Shown here one piece after another: positions 48,545 to 58,072 of a stretch of DNA of 64,000 bases. How positions within the stretch are numbered: position 1 is the first letter of the stretch; each line of letters begins with the position of its first letter. The stretch is taken from the NCBI GenBank assembly GCA_019058275.1, contig JAHLVW010000066.1:192001-256000 (forward strand), read 5' to 3'. The stretch is from Candidatus Heimdallarchaeota archaeon (GTDB lineage Archaea > Asgardarchaeota > Heimdallarchaeia > JABLTI01). The translations under genes were made by a program, and so were the position numbers. Below the pieces are notes generated by a model, which saw only the letters and a list, made by a program, of their open reading frames with translations, had not been told where the DNA came from and searched no databases.

Positions 48545-50287
48545 TTAAATTAATGATTTTTTGAATTTAATATAATCTTCTTTGGAAATTTCTTTTTTAC
48601 TTTTAAAATTAGATTCTTCCCAAATTGATTGTATATCATTAAATGTCAGAGAATTAGCCAAATCACTAAAGGAAATACGCATTAGAATTTCTTTTGTAAA
48701 AGGTCTTTTAGAGTTAAGAAAAACTATTGATTTAAAAAATCCTTTTGCAACTGAACTGTTTAAGATTGTACAAAAGAATAAAGCTTCGTTATAAGCTTGA
48801 AAACCTAGGAAATAACAAGTATCATCTAATAACACAGGTTTCTTGTTAATTGGTGGTATAAATGTAAATTGAACTGTTTTGTATAATCCTGCAATAGCAA
48901 CCTTAAATGGAGAAAATGTATAATCTCCAATACCAAATATAGTAAAATCGAACTTATTTTGAAAGACTCTAGATTTTCTTTTGTCAAAGTATTTTTTATT
49001 TCTTGATAGGTAATTCCAAGTTTTTGGGTATCTTTCCTTTATGTAACTTGTATCTTCACCTAATTTTGTTTGTGTCAGAAGCAATCTTTTACTAGTATTT
49101 AACACTTCAAATTTCTTCAAATTAGAACCTTTCAACAATGGATAAATCAAATCTTTCTCAATTGTGAGATTTTCATTCAATTTGTTAAAAAGCTGATTCT
49201 CCCTTTCAACTTGTAATTCAAGGATCTTCGAGCAGTCATGTTTTACACCTTGTCTCCAAGTATAATTAGATAGTTTATCAAGGAAGGAGTAATTTCTATA
49301 AGATTTAATATCTGAAACGAATTTTTCATTAATCCAACCAAATTTTCTCGTTATTTGATTTGGTGATTCAATATCACTAACATTACAATAATCATCGTTC
49401 AATCCAGGAATTAAATCAGCAAGAAATAATGAAGCATCACAATTTTTACCAAAGTTTTTTCTAGCATCAATTTTCAAAGCTCTGATATTCGAAATTGGAA
49501 ATTGGGTTTTCTGAATCTCTTTAACAAAATTCCTGATAACAGAATCTTTACAAAGAAAAGCTAATTTACCTTGATGATCTGAAAAAAGATGTAGCAATCT
49601 GGTTATGATTGATTCTGCGATATCAAAATTACTTCGACCAGTAATTGCTTCAATACCGCTAAACCCCTTAATGTTTGATTTCGTTGGTAAATTACTTGAG
49701 TTTAATGAAGATAATTCAGAAAGTGTAACCCAAGGAGGATTCCCAATGAGAAGGATATTTGCTTTTGTATCTAAAAAGATATTTTTTGCGAATTGATGAT
49801 GGAAAATATCATCTTGAAAAATTCTTATCGTATATTGATTATTTTGGCTAATTTCTTTACTACCAGCTTGTGTTATTTGCGATGCAACATAATGAAAAAT
49901 GTGTTTTTGTTGGATTTCTACCCCATAAACTTGCTTAAGATTTGTGAATTCTTCAGGTATACATTGTATGAAATGACCTAACCCAAATGTTGCTTCAATA
50001 AGTATGTAAGGATTAAAATCAATATCGATTAAGATATCATATATCTGGTTAACTAATTGGTTTGGTGTTTGGACGTCTCCCCATTCCTTTGAGATTATGT
50101 CTTGATTATGAGAAAAGGATTCATCTTTAAGATATTCAATGAAATTTCTTAAATCGATTTCATTTTTAAATAAACCAACAATATTCGTTACTGACTCAAT
50201 AAGGTTATTAGCTTTTTTAATTGATTTGGTTTGCTCTAGTCTAGTGATCAGATTTTCGGGTTTTTGATGCTCAACCAAATCAATCAA
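48545..50287 (-). CDS. N6-adenine DNA methyltransferase (gamma class, TaqI/Eco57I-like), orphan
   Basis: GDVQTP (motif X), EATFGLG (motif I), GVEI, IGNPPW (motif IV), C-terminal target-recognition region. Confidence 0.85.
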   Translation of the reverse strand: MIDLVEHQKPENLITRLEQTKSIKKANNLIESVTNIVGLFKNEIDLRNFIEYLKDESFSHNQDIISKEWGDVQTPNQLVNQIYDILIDIDFNPYILIEATFGLGHFIQCIPEEFTNLKQVYGVEIQQKHIFHYVASQITQAGSKEISQNNQYTIRIFQDDIFHHQFAKNIFLDTKANILLIGNPPWVTLSELSSLNSSNLPTKSNIKGFSGIEAITGRSNFDIAESIITRLLHLFSDHQGKLAFLCKDSVIRNFVKEIQKTQFPISNIRALKIDARKNFGKNCDASLFLADLIPGLNDDYCNVSDIESPNQITRKFGWINEKFVSDIKSYRNYSFLDKLSNYTWRQGVKHDCSKILELQVERENQLFNKLNENLTIEKDLIYPLLKGSNLKKFEVLNTSKRLLLTQTKLGEDTSYIKERYPKTWNYLSRNKKYFDKRKSRVFQNKFDFTIFGIGDYTFSPFKVAIAGLYKTVQFTFIPPINKKPVLLDDTCYFLGFQAYNEALFFCTILNSSVAKGFFKSIVFLNSKRPFTKEILMRISFSDLANSLTFNDIQSIWEESNFKSKKEISKEDYIKFKKSLI

Positions 50288-50487
50288 CTTCAGAAAATAT
50301 TACCTTAATTCACCCTTACATGTGAGTTTTAACTCATTTTTCGAATAAATAAGTTCCGAAAAGTCCGACGAAAATTAAATAAATGAGAAGCTCAAAGCTT
50401 AAAAGCTGTAAGGTGTTGTGCATATAAATATCTTACACAGGTCACTTCTATTGGCCATCGAAAACAGGTCTCTTGAGTTGAGAAAAT

Positions 50488-51096
50488 TTGCTGAGTATAC
50501 AAGAAGCTGAAAAACTAGTCGGTGAACTGGAGAGTAAAAACTTAAATACAAGAAGTCGAGCTATCGAAGTTTTATCTTCATTAGAAAAAATGGAGATAAT
50601 AGATTTCTTGATTTCACTTCTAATGAAAAACTCACATAGGCTAGTAAAAGAAGGTGTTTGTAAATCATTAGGAAAAATAGGGCATAGGAAAGCAACTGAT
50701 GTTCTAATAGAAACACTCAATGATGAAAACGAAAGTGTTCGATATCAAGCAGTGATTGCACTTGGACAACTAGGTGATACACATACTGTTCCTCCACTTT
50801 TGGAATTACTAAAAAGGCAAGATGATCCATTAGTTCGATCTGAAGCTGCTAAGGCTTTAGGATTAATTGGCGATCCCAGTGCACTTAAAATCCTATTAAG
50901 TATCCTCAAAAAGGAAGAAGATCGTTTCATCAAATATCACGCTGTAACATCACTAGGTAAAATCGGTGATAAAAAAGCATTAAAGGATTTACAAAAGATA
51001 GTCAAAGAGAAAAAAGATGCTAGACTAGTACTACGTTCAATGGAAGCAATTGAGGCTATACAAAAAGCAAATAGTAAGAAAGTAGTTGCAGGATAA
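50488..51096 (+). CDS. HEAT/PBS-lyase repeat protein
   Basis: VRYQAVIALGQLGD, VRSEAAKALGLIGD, IKYHAVTSLGKIGD. Confidence 0.9.
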   Translation: MLSIQEAEKLVGELESKNLNTRSRAIEVLSSLEKMEIIDFLISLLMKNSHRLVKEGVCKSLGKIGHRKATDVLIETLNDENESVRYQAVIALGQLGDTHTVPPLLELLKRQDDPLVRSEAAKALGLIGDPSALKILLSILKKEEDRFIKYHAVTSLGKIGDKKALKDLQKIVKEKKDARLVLRSMEAIEAIQKANSKKVVAG

Positions 51097-51415
51097 AAAA
51101 GGATGAGTGGTCATATCACACTCATTTTATCACCAATCGGATGGTGAGATAAAGGGAGGCCTTAAAAATCGCTTCTCCAACAGTTTTTTCATTGAAGTAA
51201 AGTTGTGCTGTGTCAAGAAATCTAAACCCTATCAGAATTCCTTTTATCAAACCTTATTTAGCCTTCTCTGAACGCGCCAACATTGTTCCTAAACCTATTT
51301 TTGTAATTTTAAAGATGCCATAATAATCAAATTCTATGATTTAATACGAAATATAATCTCTTTGATTTATTTAATAGGAAAAAAAAATTTCTCTTAGAAG
51401 AAATCAAGCAGACTT

Positions 51416-53584
51416 TTACTGTTTTATTAATTTAATACTACGAAGAATAAAACCGGAAATCAATATTGTAACGCCTATAATGCCCAAAATTATTACAAGA
51501 TTAGTATAACTTACTGAGAGTGGTAAATCAACGGGTAATGGTTCTAAATGCATTATAAACAACCCATCTTGATAAGAAGTAACATAAGCTATATTCTTTT
51601 GAACATAAACATCAGATAAAAGGCAGTATTCAGAAGCTAATCCAGAGGTGGGGTCAAATTTCTTAACTGGTCGATAAAGACCAACAGAACCTAGATTCTC
51701 GAGATTATGAATATTGATTATCAAAACACCATCATCACCATAGTTTATGTAAATGTGATTATTCTCATAGAAAATATTATATGCTTCTTGACAATCTATT
51801 CCTTCTGCTTCTGCATCAAAGTCATTTACAAAGGTAGGATTAGTTAAATTTGAAATGTCTAAAATAGTTAAATCTTGATAACCTGTTAAAATGAAAATAT
51901 TGTTGTTAGTTATACTAGTATCCCTAATTTCTGATATTGAATAATTGCTCGTTTGAGTTAAATTGTTATCACTTTCACTAAATATATGCAATCCATCTCC
52001 AGTAATTACAAAATAGTTATCATTCTGAAAATTAAAACTATAAGAAAATAATTCTAAGTAATAGTCCTTTTCAAGGGTAATATTATCAAGGTTTGAACAA
52101 TCATAAACAAGAATAGCTGTCTGTATATAATAATCTGTAATATTATGGTAAGTAATGAGTATATGAGCTTTTGAGTTTTTAATGTGAACTGCTAAACAAT
52201 AAATTGGACCTTGGAGTTCATATGGTATTACAGCTACTTTTGTTGGATGATCTGGATCAGAAATATCAAAAATATCCATTAAATTCTGATACCAACTTAA
52301 AAAATATGCATAGTTGCCCTCTATATACACATCCACATAAAAACTTAAACCAGAACAATATGCACTTTTTGTTTTTGGTTTTAATGGATTAGATACATCG
52401 ATTAGAACAAAACCTGCATCAATAATCATTATTGCTAAATCATCATGTACATATATACTATTGATATCACTCCCACAAAAGAATTGACCTGCAAGATAAA
52501 TTTCCATATTTTCATCATCAAAATAGAGTATACGTAAATTTGCACCATTTTCTGAGATATATAATCTGTCATTTTTCATCATTCCAATGTATGCATTATT
52601 CGGATAATAAAAGTCTAAAACTCGTGTTAAATTATTGACATCGGAAAAATCAATTACAATAATTCCATTAGAACATAGAAGAAAAGCAAGTTCGTTTTGA
52701 ATCATAATTTTATTTACATGATATGTCTTGTCTGTGAAATAGTTCACCATAATAAGCTCTGATGAATTTGAGATATCATAGAAAGAAACTCCTTTATGAG
52801 AATCAAAGCATATTAATAAGTCTTCAATAACTGCTCCTGTTTCCCCACCATACAAAGAAAGATAAGTAACAAACTGTGGATAAGTAGCATATTCAATATT
52901 TACTACTTCACATCCGTAGTACTCTGTAAGATAGAGCGTGGAATCCTTCAAAATCATATTACTAATGTAATATAAAATTCTTGTTTCATATTGTGCAATA
53001 ATTTCTGTTTTTTCGGGATTAGATACATCCAATATGAAGACATGGTCATCATAAAGAGATGCAGCATACATAAAACCATTGTCAACTATCATGATTGTGA
53101 AGTCATCCATAGTAATGTCTTGAAGAATTAATTCCGGTTTAGATGGTTTTGTAGTATCAAAAACCCTAAAACCAAAATCATTGCCAGATATGTATACATA
53201 TTCATCATCAACAACAAGACAAGTGGTTACATTACCATCAAGAAATTCTCCAATAATCTTAGATTTGGATGGTTTTGAGACATCTACAATGATAAAACCC
53301 TCTTCAACTGCTATATAGGCTAATATTTTCATTTTACTTTCGACGATTTCAAAATCAACAATTCTTCCATACATTTCATCCCATCTTCCCAAATCAATAC
53401 AATTACTCCAGTATTCTTGATTAGTCTCGAAAGGTGAATTTTTGTTGTTATCTAGATTGGTACTAATTGGTTCTTCAATTTGATTATCGAAGAAAAATCC
53501 AAATGTATAACTAAATGTCATCGAAACAATAATGAAAGCAATAAGCAAATAACAAATAGAACTGCTTTCTTTCTTTCTTAACAT
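51416..53584 (-). CDS. LVIVD-repeat surface protein with C-terminal TM anchor
   Basis: Many 'gl.IvDvSnP..P' repeats; signal/TM at the N-terminus. ATG 53584 overlaps the upstream stop (track start 53626). Confidence 0.82.
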   Translation of the reverse strand: MLRKKESSSICYLLIAFIIVSMTFSYTFGFFFDNQIEEPISTNLDNNKNSPFETNQEYWSNCIDLGRWDEMYGRIVDFEIVESKMKILAYIAVEEGFIIVDVSKPSKSKIIGEFLDGNVTTCLVVDDEYVYISGNDFGFRVFDTTKPSKPELILQDITMDDFTIMIVDNGFMYAASLYDDHVFILDVSNPEKTEIIAQYETRILYYISNMILKDSTLYLTEYYGCEVVNIEYATYPQFVTYLSLYGGETGAVIEDLLICFDSHKGVSFYDISNSSELIMVNYFTDKTYHVNKIMIQNELAFLLCSNGIIVIDFSDVNNLTRVLDFYYPNNAYIGMMKNDRLYISENGANLRILYFDDENMEIYLAGQFFCGSDINSIYVHDDLAIMIIDAGFVLIDVSNPLKPKTKSAYCSGLSFYVDVYIEGNYAYFLSWYQNLMDIFDISDPDHPTKVAVIPYELQGPIYCLAVHIKNSKAHILITYHNITDYYIQTAILVYDCSNLDNITLEKDYYLELFSYSFNFQNDNYFVITGDGLHIFSESDNNLTQTSNYSISEIRDTSITNNNIFILTGYQDLTILDISNLTNPTFVNDFDAEAEGIDCQEAYNIFYENNHIYINYGDDGVLIINIHNLENLGSVGLYRPVKKFDPTSGLASEYCLLSDVYVQKNIAYVTSYQDGLFIMHLEPLPVDLPLSVSYTNLVIILGIIGVTILISGFILRSIKLIKQ

Positions 53585-56385
53585 TTTAATCTCCTCCTTT
53601 TCTTTCCAGCATAAATTAAAATCCAAGCAAAAATTAAACCAATTGTTGCAGCAATTAGAGTAGGAATTGATATGTTAGTTGTTAGTGGTGTTTTAGTATA
53701 ATCAGGATGATCATCAGAATCAGTAGGATCAGTACCTTCTTGAACTTCCTCATAATCGGAATAACCATCATAATCCGAATCACTTCTATTAGGAGCAGTA
53801 CCAAGTAAGTATTCTTCGTAATTTGTTAATCCATCTAAATCTAGATCTTCGTTAGCATCTGTAGGATCTAAGGGATCTAGTTGATAAATTACTTCGAAAT
53901 AATCATCCATCAAATCATCATCGGTATCTACATCTAAAGGATCTGTACTATAGTAAAATATTTCGCGATAATCCAATAATTGATCAGAATCAGTATCATT
54001 AAGAATAGGACTAGTTAATGAAATAAACAATTCATAGGGATCTACTAGATAATCATCATCTGTATCTATAGTACTAGGATCAGTATTGTAATTGTTAAGT
54101 TCTAGGTTATCTGGTAATGTATCTCTATCTGAATCAGAGCTTATTGGATTAAGATTGTAGTTGTATTCTTCTAGATTAGATATTGTATCTAAATCAAAAT
54201 CCAAATTTGCATCAGAACTATTCAATGGGTCAAGATTGTAAGTAATTTCAAAATAATCACTCATCAAATCAGAATCTGAATCAATGTTATGTGGGTCAGT
54301 TAAGTATTTTGTAGTCTCCTGGTAAGTAGCTATTTGATCTGAATCATGATCCTCACCAAGAATAGCTAAACCATTGTCAAGCAATGGCAGAAAAACTGTT
54401 CCATTATCAACAGCGAAGTTATATTTATCGATACTATAGTAGTTGTAATTCATCTCTTTCCAAAATAAGATTTCTAGTTGAAGATTTGGTGGGTTACTAT
54501 TATCTACAACCCCAAATCTGACGTAATTGTCAATTGAAACAAAGTATATTGAACCATTAATAATCATAAGATCTCTAAAATCTTCATAATCATATTGTTG
54601 ATTGTAGGAGATCAATTCAAAATTCAAGATATCACTAATATTATATGTATAAATTCTCCAACGGTTTTCAATAGTATATAAGATTCCATTTGAAATCACA
54701 AACTCTGTAACATACCTTTCTAGATTGAAAATAGAAATAAGCTCTATTGATTGTAAATCTGTTTTATTAAAAATATAGTAACCATAATACTCCCAAGCAG
54801 CAATTATATAGTTATCATAAATTACAATTGATTTAATATTGTAAATATTAAAATTAGTCTTATATATTTGTAAAACATTAGTAGCATTTGTTGCATTAAA
54901 AACGTACATGTCAGTATAGCCTGTATAAATAATACTATTGTTTACAGTCAAGCACATCGTATAATGCGGTATACTTAATTCTCCTATTTTTGTTATGTTA
55001 TAAATATCTGTTAGATTCAAGATTTGGATATTCGAAGAAGTTAAAACATAACCTCTATCGTATTCAACACAAAAATCTACAAAAGTGTCTTGAAGTCGAT
55101 ATTCAGTAATGACACTCAGATTATAATAATCAGATACATTTAGAACAGATAATTTATCATTTCCAGAAACAATTAGACAATTTTCATAGAATAATGCACT
55201 TTTAAAATATTCTGTATTTGTTCTGCTTATTTCTATAAAATTATAATCATTCGTTATATTCCCTAAAAGAAATCCATCTCTCCCACATGCAAAAGCAACA
55301 GTATTATTGGAAAAATCGATATCCCAGAATCCCTCTATATTATGATCGTTTGAACTAAAGCAATCAACATAGGTAGGAATGTATGGATTACTAACATCAA
55401 TGATATAAATATTAGAATTATATTTTGATGTTAAATAGAGATAGCCATCATTATACCCTTTAATTTGCCCACCATATGTTTGCTGATCTATTTTGCTTCT
55501 AAATGATGGATTATTAGGATTACTTATATCGTATATAGTGAGATTCTGCCAATCAGTTAAATATAGAATAGTTTTATGAACAAAAAATGACTCTACGCTT
55601 TCCAAATACACCATTTCATGAATCTTAATTGGATTTACAAGATTAGATATGTCAATGATTGTAATATCATTGTATCTATTTAAAATATAGATATAATCTT
55701 CAACAATTTGCATATTCTCCCCATAAATTATATTTTCATACTGACCAACTAAATGATAATTAAATGGATCACTGAAATCAAATATTAATAGGCCATCATA
55801 TTCAGATAAAATGAACATATAGCTTGAGTTTACAAAGAAATCTATAATATTATAATAAAAAAAGCTAGTTAAATAAATTGGATTTTCAGGATTACTAATA
55901 TTATAAATCTCTATTTTTTGTATTTCCCATTTGAAAGAATTTTCGATTATAAATCCTAAATAAGCCAAATTATTATCAATTTCTACTTTTTCTAGTCTGT
56001 TTACCTCTAAGTGTTCGGTCTTAGAACTTATTATTGGCTCACTTTTATTACTAATATTTATACTAATGAATCCTGATACATCTGTTAAGAATATCCAATC
56101 ATCTTCTACTTCAATTGATCGCACTTCTACAAAAGGATTGTCGTTCCAAATGTCGATTTCAGAATAGTTGTAAATGTCATTAGAATTATGTAGTGCAGAT
56201 TGCTTAATCTCTTCAGATTTTTGATCAAGAGATTCAGATAATGAGCTTTCAATCGTGTTTAAACCATAATCCCTAAAATTAAAACTATTCGTTATTGTAA
56301 TTGGAATTAAAAGCATTAATGTGAAAACAACTAAGAGAATTCTAAACCTCGTATCTCTAAATCTAATAACATTTAACAATTCCAT
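53578..56385 (-). CDS. LVIVD-repeat surface protein with Ca2+-binding DxDxD (thrombospondin type-3-like) repeats and TM anchor
   Basis: LVIVD blades; about 10 'D.D.D.l.d..E....tdP' repeats at ~53715-54350; TM + KKRRR tail. Confidence 0.85.
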   Translation of the reverse strand: MELLNVIRFRDTRFRILLVVFTLMLLIPITITNSFNFRDYGLNTIESSLSESLDQKSEEIKQSALHNSNDIYNYSEIDIWNDNPFVEVRSIEVEDDWIFLTDVSGFISINISNKSEPIISSKTEHLEVNRLEKVEIDNNLAYLGFIIENSFKWEIQKIEIYNISNPENPIYLTSFFYYNIIDFFVNSSYMFILSEYDGLLIFDFSDPFNYHLVGQYENIIYGENMQIVEDYIYILNRYNDITIIDISNLVNPIKIHEMVYLESVESFFVHKTILYLTDWQNLTIYDISNPNNPSFRSKIDQQTYGGQIKGYNDGYLYLTSKYNSNIYIIDVSNPYIPTYVDCFSSNDHNIEGFWDIDFSNNTVAFACGRDGFLLGNITNDYNFIEISRTNTEYFKSALFYENCLIVSGNDKLSVLNVSDYYNLSVITEYRLQDTFVDFCVEYDRGYVLTSSNIQILNLTDIYNITKIGELSIPHYTMCLTVNNSIIYTGYTDMYVFNATNATNVLQIYKTNFNIYNIKSIVIYDNYIIAAWEYYGYYIFNKTDLQSIELISIFNLERYVTEFVISNGILYTIENRWRIYTYNISDILNFELISYNQQYDYEDFRDLMIINGSIYFVSIDNYVRFGVVDNSNPPNLQLEILFWKEMNYNYYSIDKYNFAVDNGTVFLPLLDNGLAILGEDHDSDQIATYQETTKYLTDPHNIDSDSDLMSDYFEITYNLDPLNSSDANLDFDLDTISNLEEYNYNLNPISSDSDRDTLPDNLELNNYNTDPSTIDTDDDYLVDPYELFISLTSPILNDTDSDQLLDYREIFYYSTDPLDVDTDDDLMDDYFEVIYQLDPLDPTDANEDLDLDGLTNYEEYLLGTAPNRSDSDYDGYSDYEEVQEGTDPTDSDDHPDYTKTPLTTNISIPTLIAATIGLIFAWILIYAGKKRRRLKC

Positions 56386-56497
56386 TTCATCCCTTGCCTA
56401 TCTATCCGCCAATAGGTATTAGAACAATCTCTCTACCATTTAAAATAATTTAGTTAAATAAAAAATATTGAAAAATGGTTGAATAATGCTGAGATTG

Positions 56498-57577
56498 TCA
56501 GTCATCCTTTACTAAAACATTCCAACCATATTCATCTTTTATGCGTCCATATTGAATTCCGGTTAAAAGCTCATAAAGCTTCTCACTAATAGGTCCAACT
56601 CTATTGTTGTTTATCTGATAGACTTTTTCTTTATACCGCAATTCACCAACAGGAGCTATTGAAGCAGCAGTTCCAGCACCAAAAGCTTCTGAAAGTGCTC
56701 CGTTTTTTATTCCATCAATCACTTGATCAATGGCCAAATATTCTTCCTTTACTTTATAACCCTGATCTTTAGCTAATTGTAACACACTTTCTCGAGTAAC
56801 TCCCTTCAAAACAGTACCATCAGTTGGTGCAGTATAGATGATATCATCCATAACAAAGAATTGGTTCATTGTACCAACTTCTTCGATATATTTGTGCTCT
56901 TTTGCATCTAACCACAATACTTGACTACAGCCAGAAGCTCTCGCTTTCTTAAGTGCAAGTAAACTAGCAGCATAATTGCCACCTGTTTTAGCTTCACCAA
57001 TTCCTCCATGAACAGCTCTGACATAACTGGGTTCTACATAAATTTTGATAGGTTTAAATCCTTCAGAGAAATAAGGACCAACTGGACTAAGGATAATATA
57101 GAATCTATAATCGCTAGAGCTCTTAAGACCTAAAACACTCTCAGTTGCAATCAAAGTAGGTCTCAAATAAAGCGATGTACCATGTGAATTTGGTACCCAA
57201 TCTCTCTCGATATTGACCAGTTTATTTAACCCTGTAAGAAAATGCTCTTCAGGAAATGGTTCCATATCCAATCTAATAGCAGAATCAACCATTCTTTTAG
57301 CATTCTTTTCTGGTCTAAAGAATGAAACATCTTTTTTATTTTCTTGTCTAAAAGCTTTCATCCCTTCAAAAATCTCTTGCCCATAATGCAATACTAACGA
57401 TGCAGGAGAAAGACTAAATGGTCCAAAAGGCATAATTCGAGCATTTTTCCACTTACCTTCGTGATAATCCACAACAAACATATGATCAGTAAATATGCGA
57501 CCAAAACCCAATTGATTATCATCACTAGGTAATGATCCTCTTTCAGATTGTGGTTTCAGTTTGACATTAATATCCAT
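56498..57577 (-). CDS. ilvE: Branched-chain amino acid aminotransferase
   Basis: FTDHM, LHYGQEIFEGMKA, LYLRP, AKTGGNYA, EEVGTMN, L.GVTR.S, GTAA. Confidence 0.95.
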   Translation of the reverse strand: MDINVKLKPQSERGSLPSDDNQLGFGRIFTDHMFVVDYHEGKWKNARIMPFGPFSLSPASLVLHYGQEIFEGMKAFRQENKKDVSFFRPEKNAKRMVDSAIRLDMEPFPEEHFLTGLNKLVNIERDWVPNSHGTSLYLRPTLIATESVLGLKSSSDYRFYIILSPVGPYFSEGFKPIKIYVEPSYVRAVHGGIGEAKTGGNYAASLLALKKARASGCSQVLWLDAKEHKYIEEVGTMNQFFVMDDIIYTAPTDGTVLKGVTRESVLQLAKDQGYKVKEEYLAIDQVIDGIKNGALSEAFGAGTAASIAPVGELRYKEKVYQINNNRVGPISEKLYELLTGIQYGRIKDEYGWNVLVKDD

Positions 57578-57643
57578 TATAACTTCGCCATTTAAAATAA
57601 GATATTCTATTTGAAAAATCTTTAGTAAAATAGAGTCATAATC

Positions 57644-57997
57644 TTAACTTGTTTTAATCATTATCAATAGCATTTTGAATTGCTTTTCAGCATATAGTGC
57701 ATGAGGAATATCTGCTGGCATAATAATGATTTCATCGTTTTTCATATGATAATCAGTTTTATCAATAGTAATTTTAGCTTCACCATCAAGGATGTGAACT
57801 AGAGCATCAAATGGAGCAGTATGTTCGCTCAATCCTTCACCTTCAGCAAAAGCAAAAACTGTGACAGTGCCTTCCTTCCTTTTAATTAGCTGTCTGCTTA
57901 TGACTGAACCTTCTTGATAATTTACTAGATTACCAAGATTGTATACTTCTGAGAAATTTATTGTGCTTGTCTTATTTACTTCCATATGTAACACCAA
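57644..57997 (-). CDS. Cupin domain protein
   Basis: VFAFAEGEGLSEHTAPFDA, MPADIPHAL, FKMLL. Confidence 0.9.
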   Translation of the reverse strand: MVLHMEVNKTSTINFSEVYNLGNLVNYQEGSVISRQLIKRKEGTVTVFAFAEGEGLSEHTAPFDALVHILDGEAKITIDKTDYHMKNDEIIIMPADIPHALYAEKQFKMLLIMIKTS

Positions 57998-58072
57998 GTT
58001 ATTGCCATTTTTATGACTTTAAAATACGGGTGCTTTACAACCTAAATAAAAACGAGAAGCTGCTTTCACACC

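Noticed and set aside
43049-50287. BREX or restriction-modification defence island (BrxF-like gene plus MTase)
   Set aside because: No PglZ, BrxC ATPase or endonuclease; the BrxF resemblance is weak and metabolic genes intervene.
53715-54350. Periodic sequence resembling a CRISPR or tandem DNA array
   Set aside because: These are degenerate protein-level DxDxD repeats inside a CDS, with no identical DNA repeats and no cas genes.
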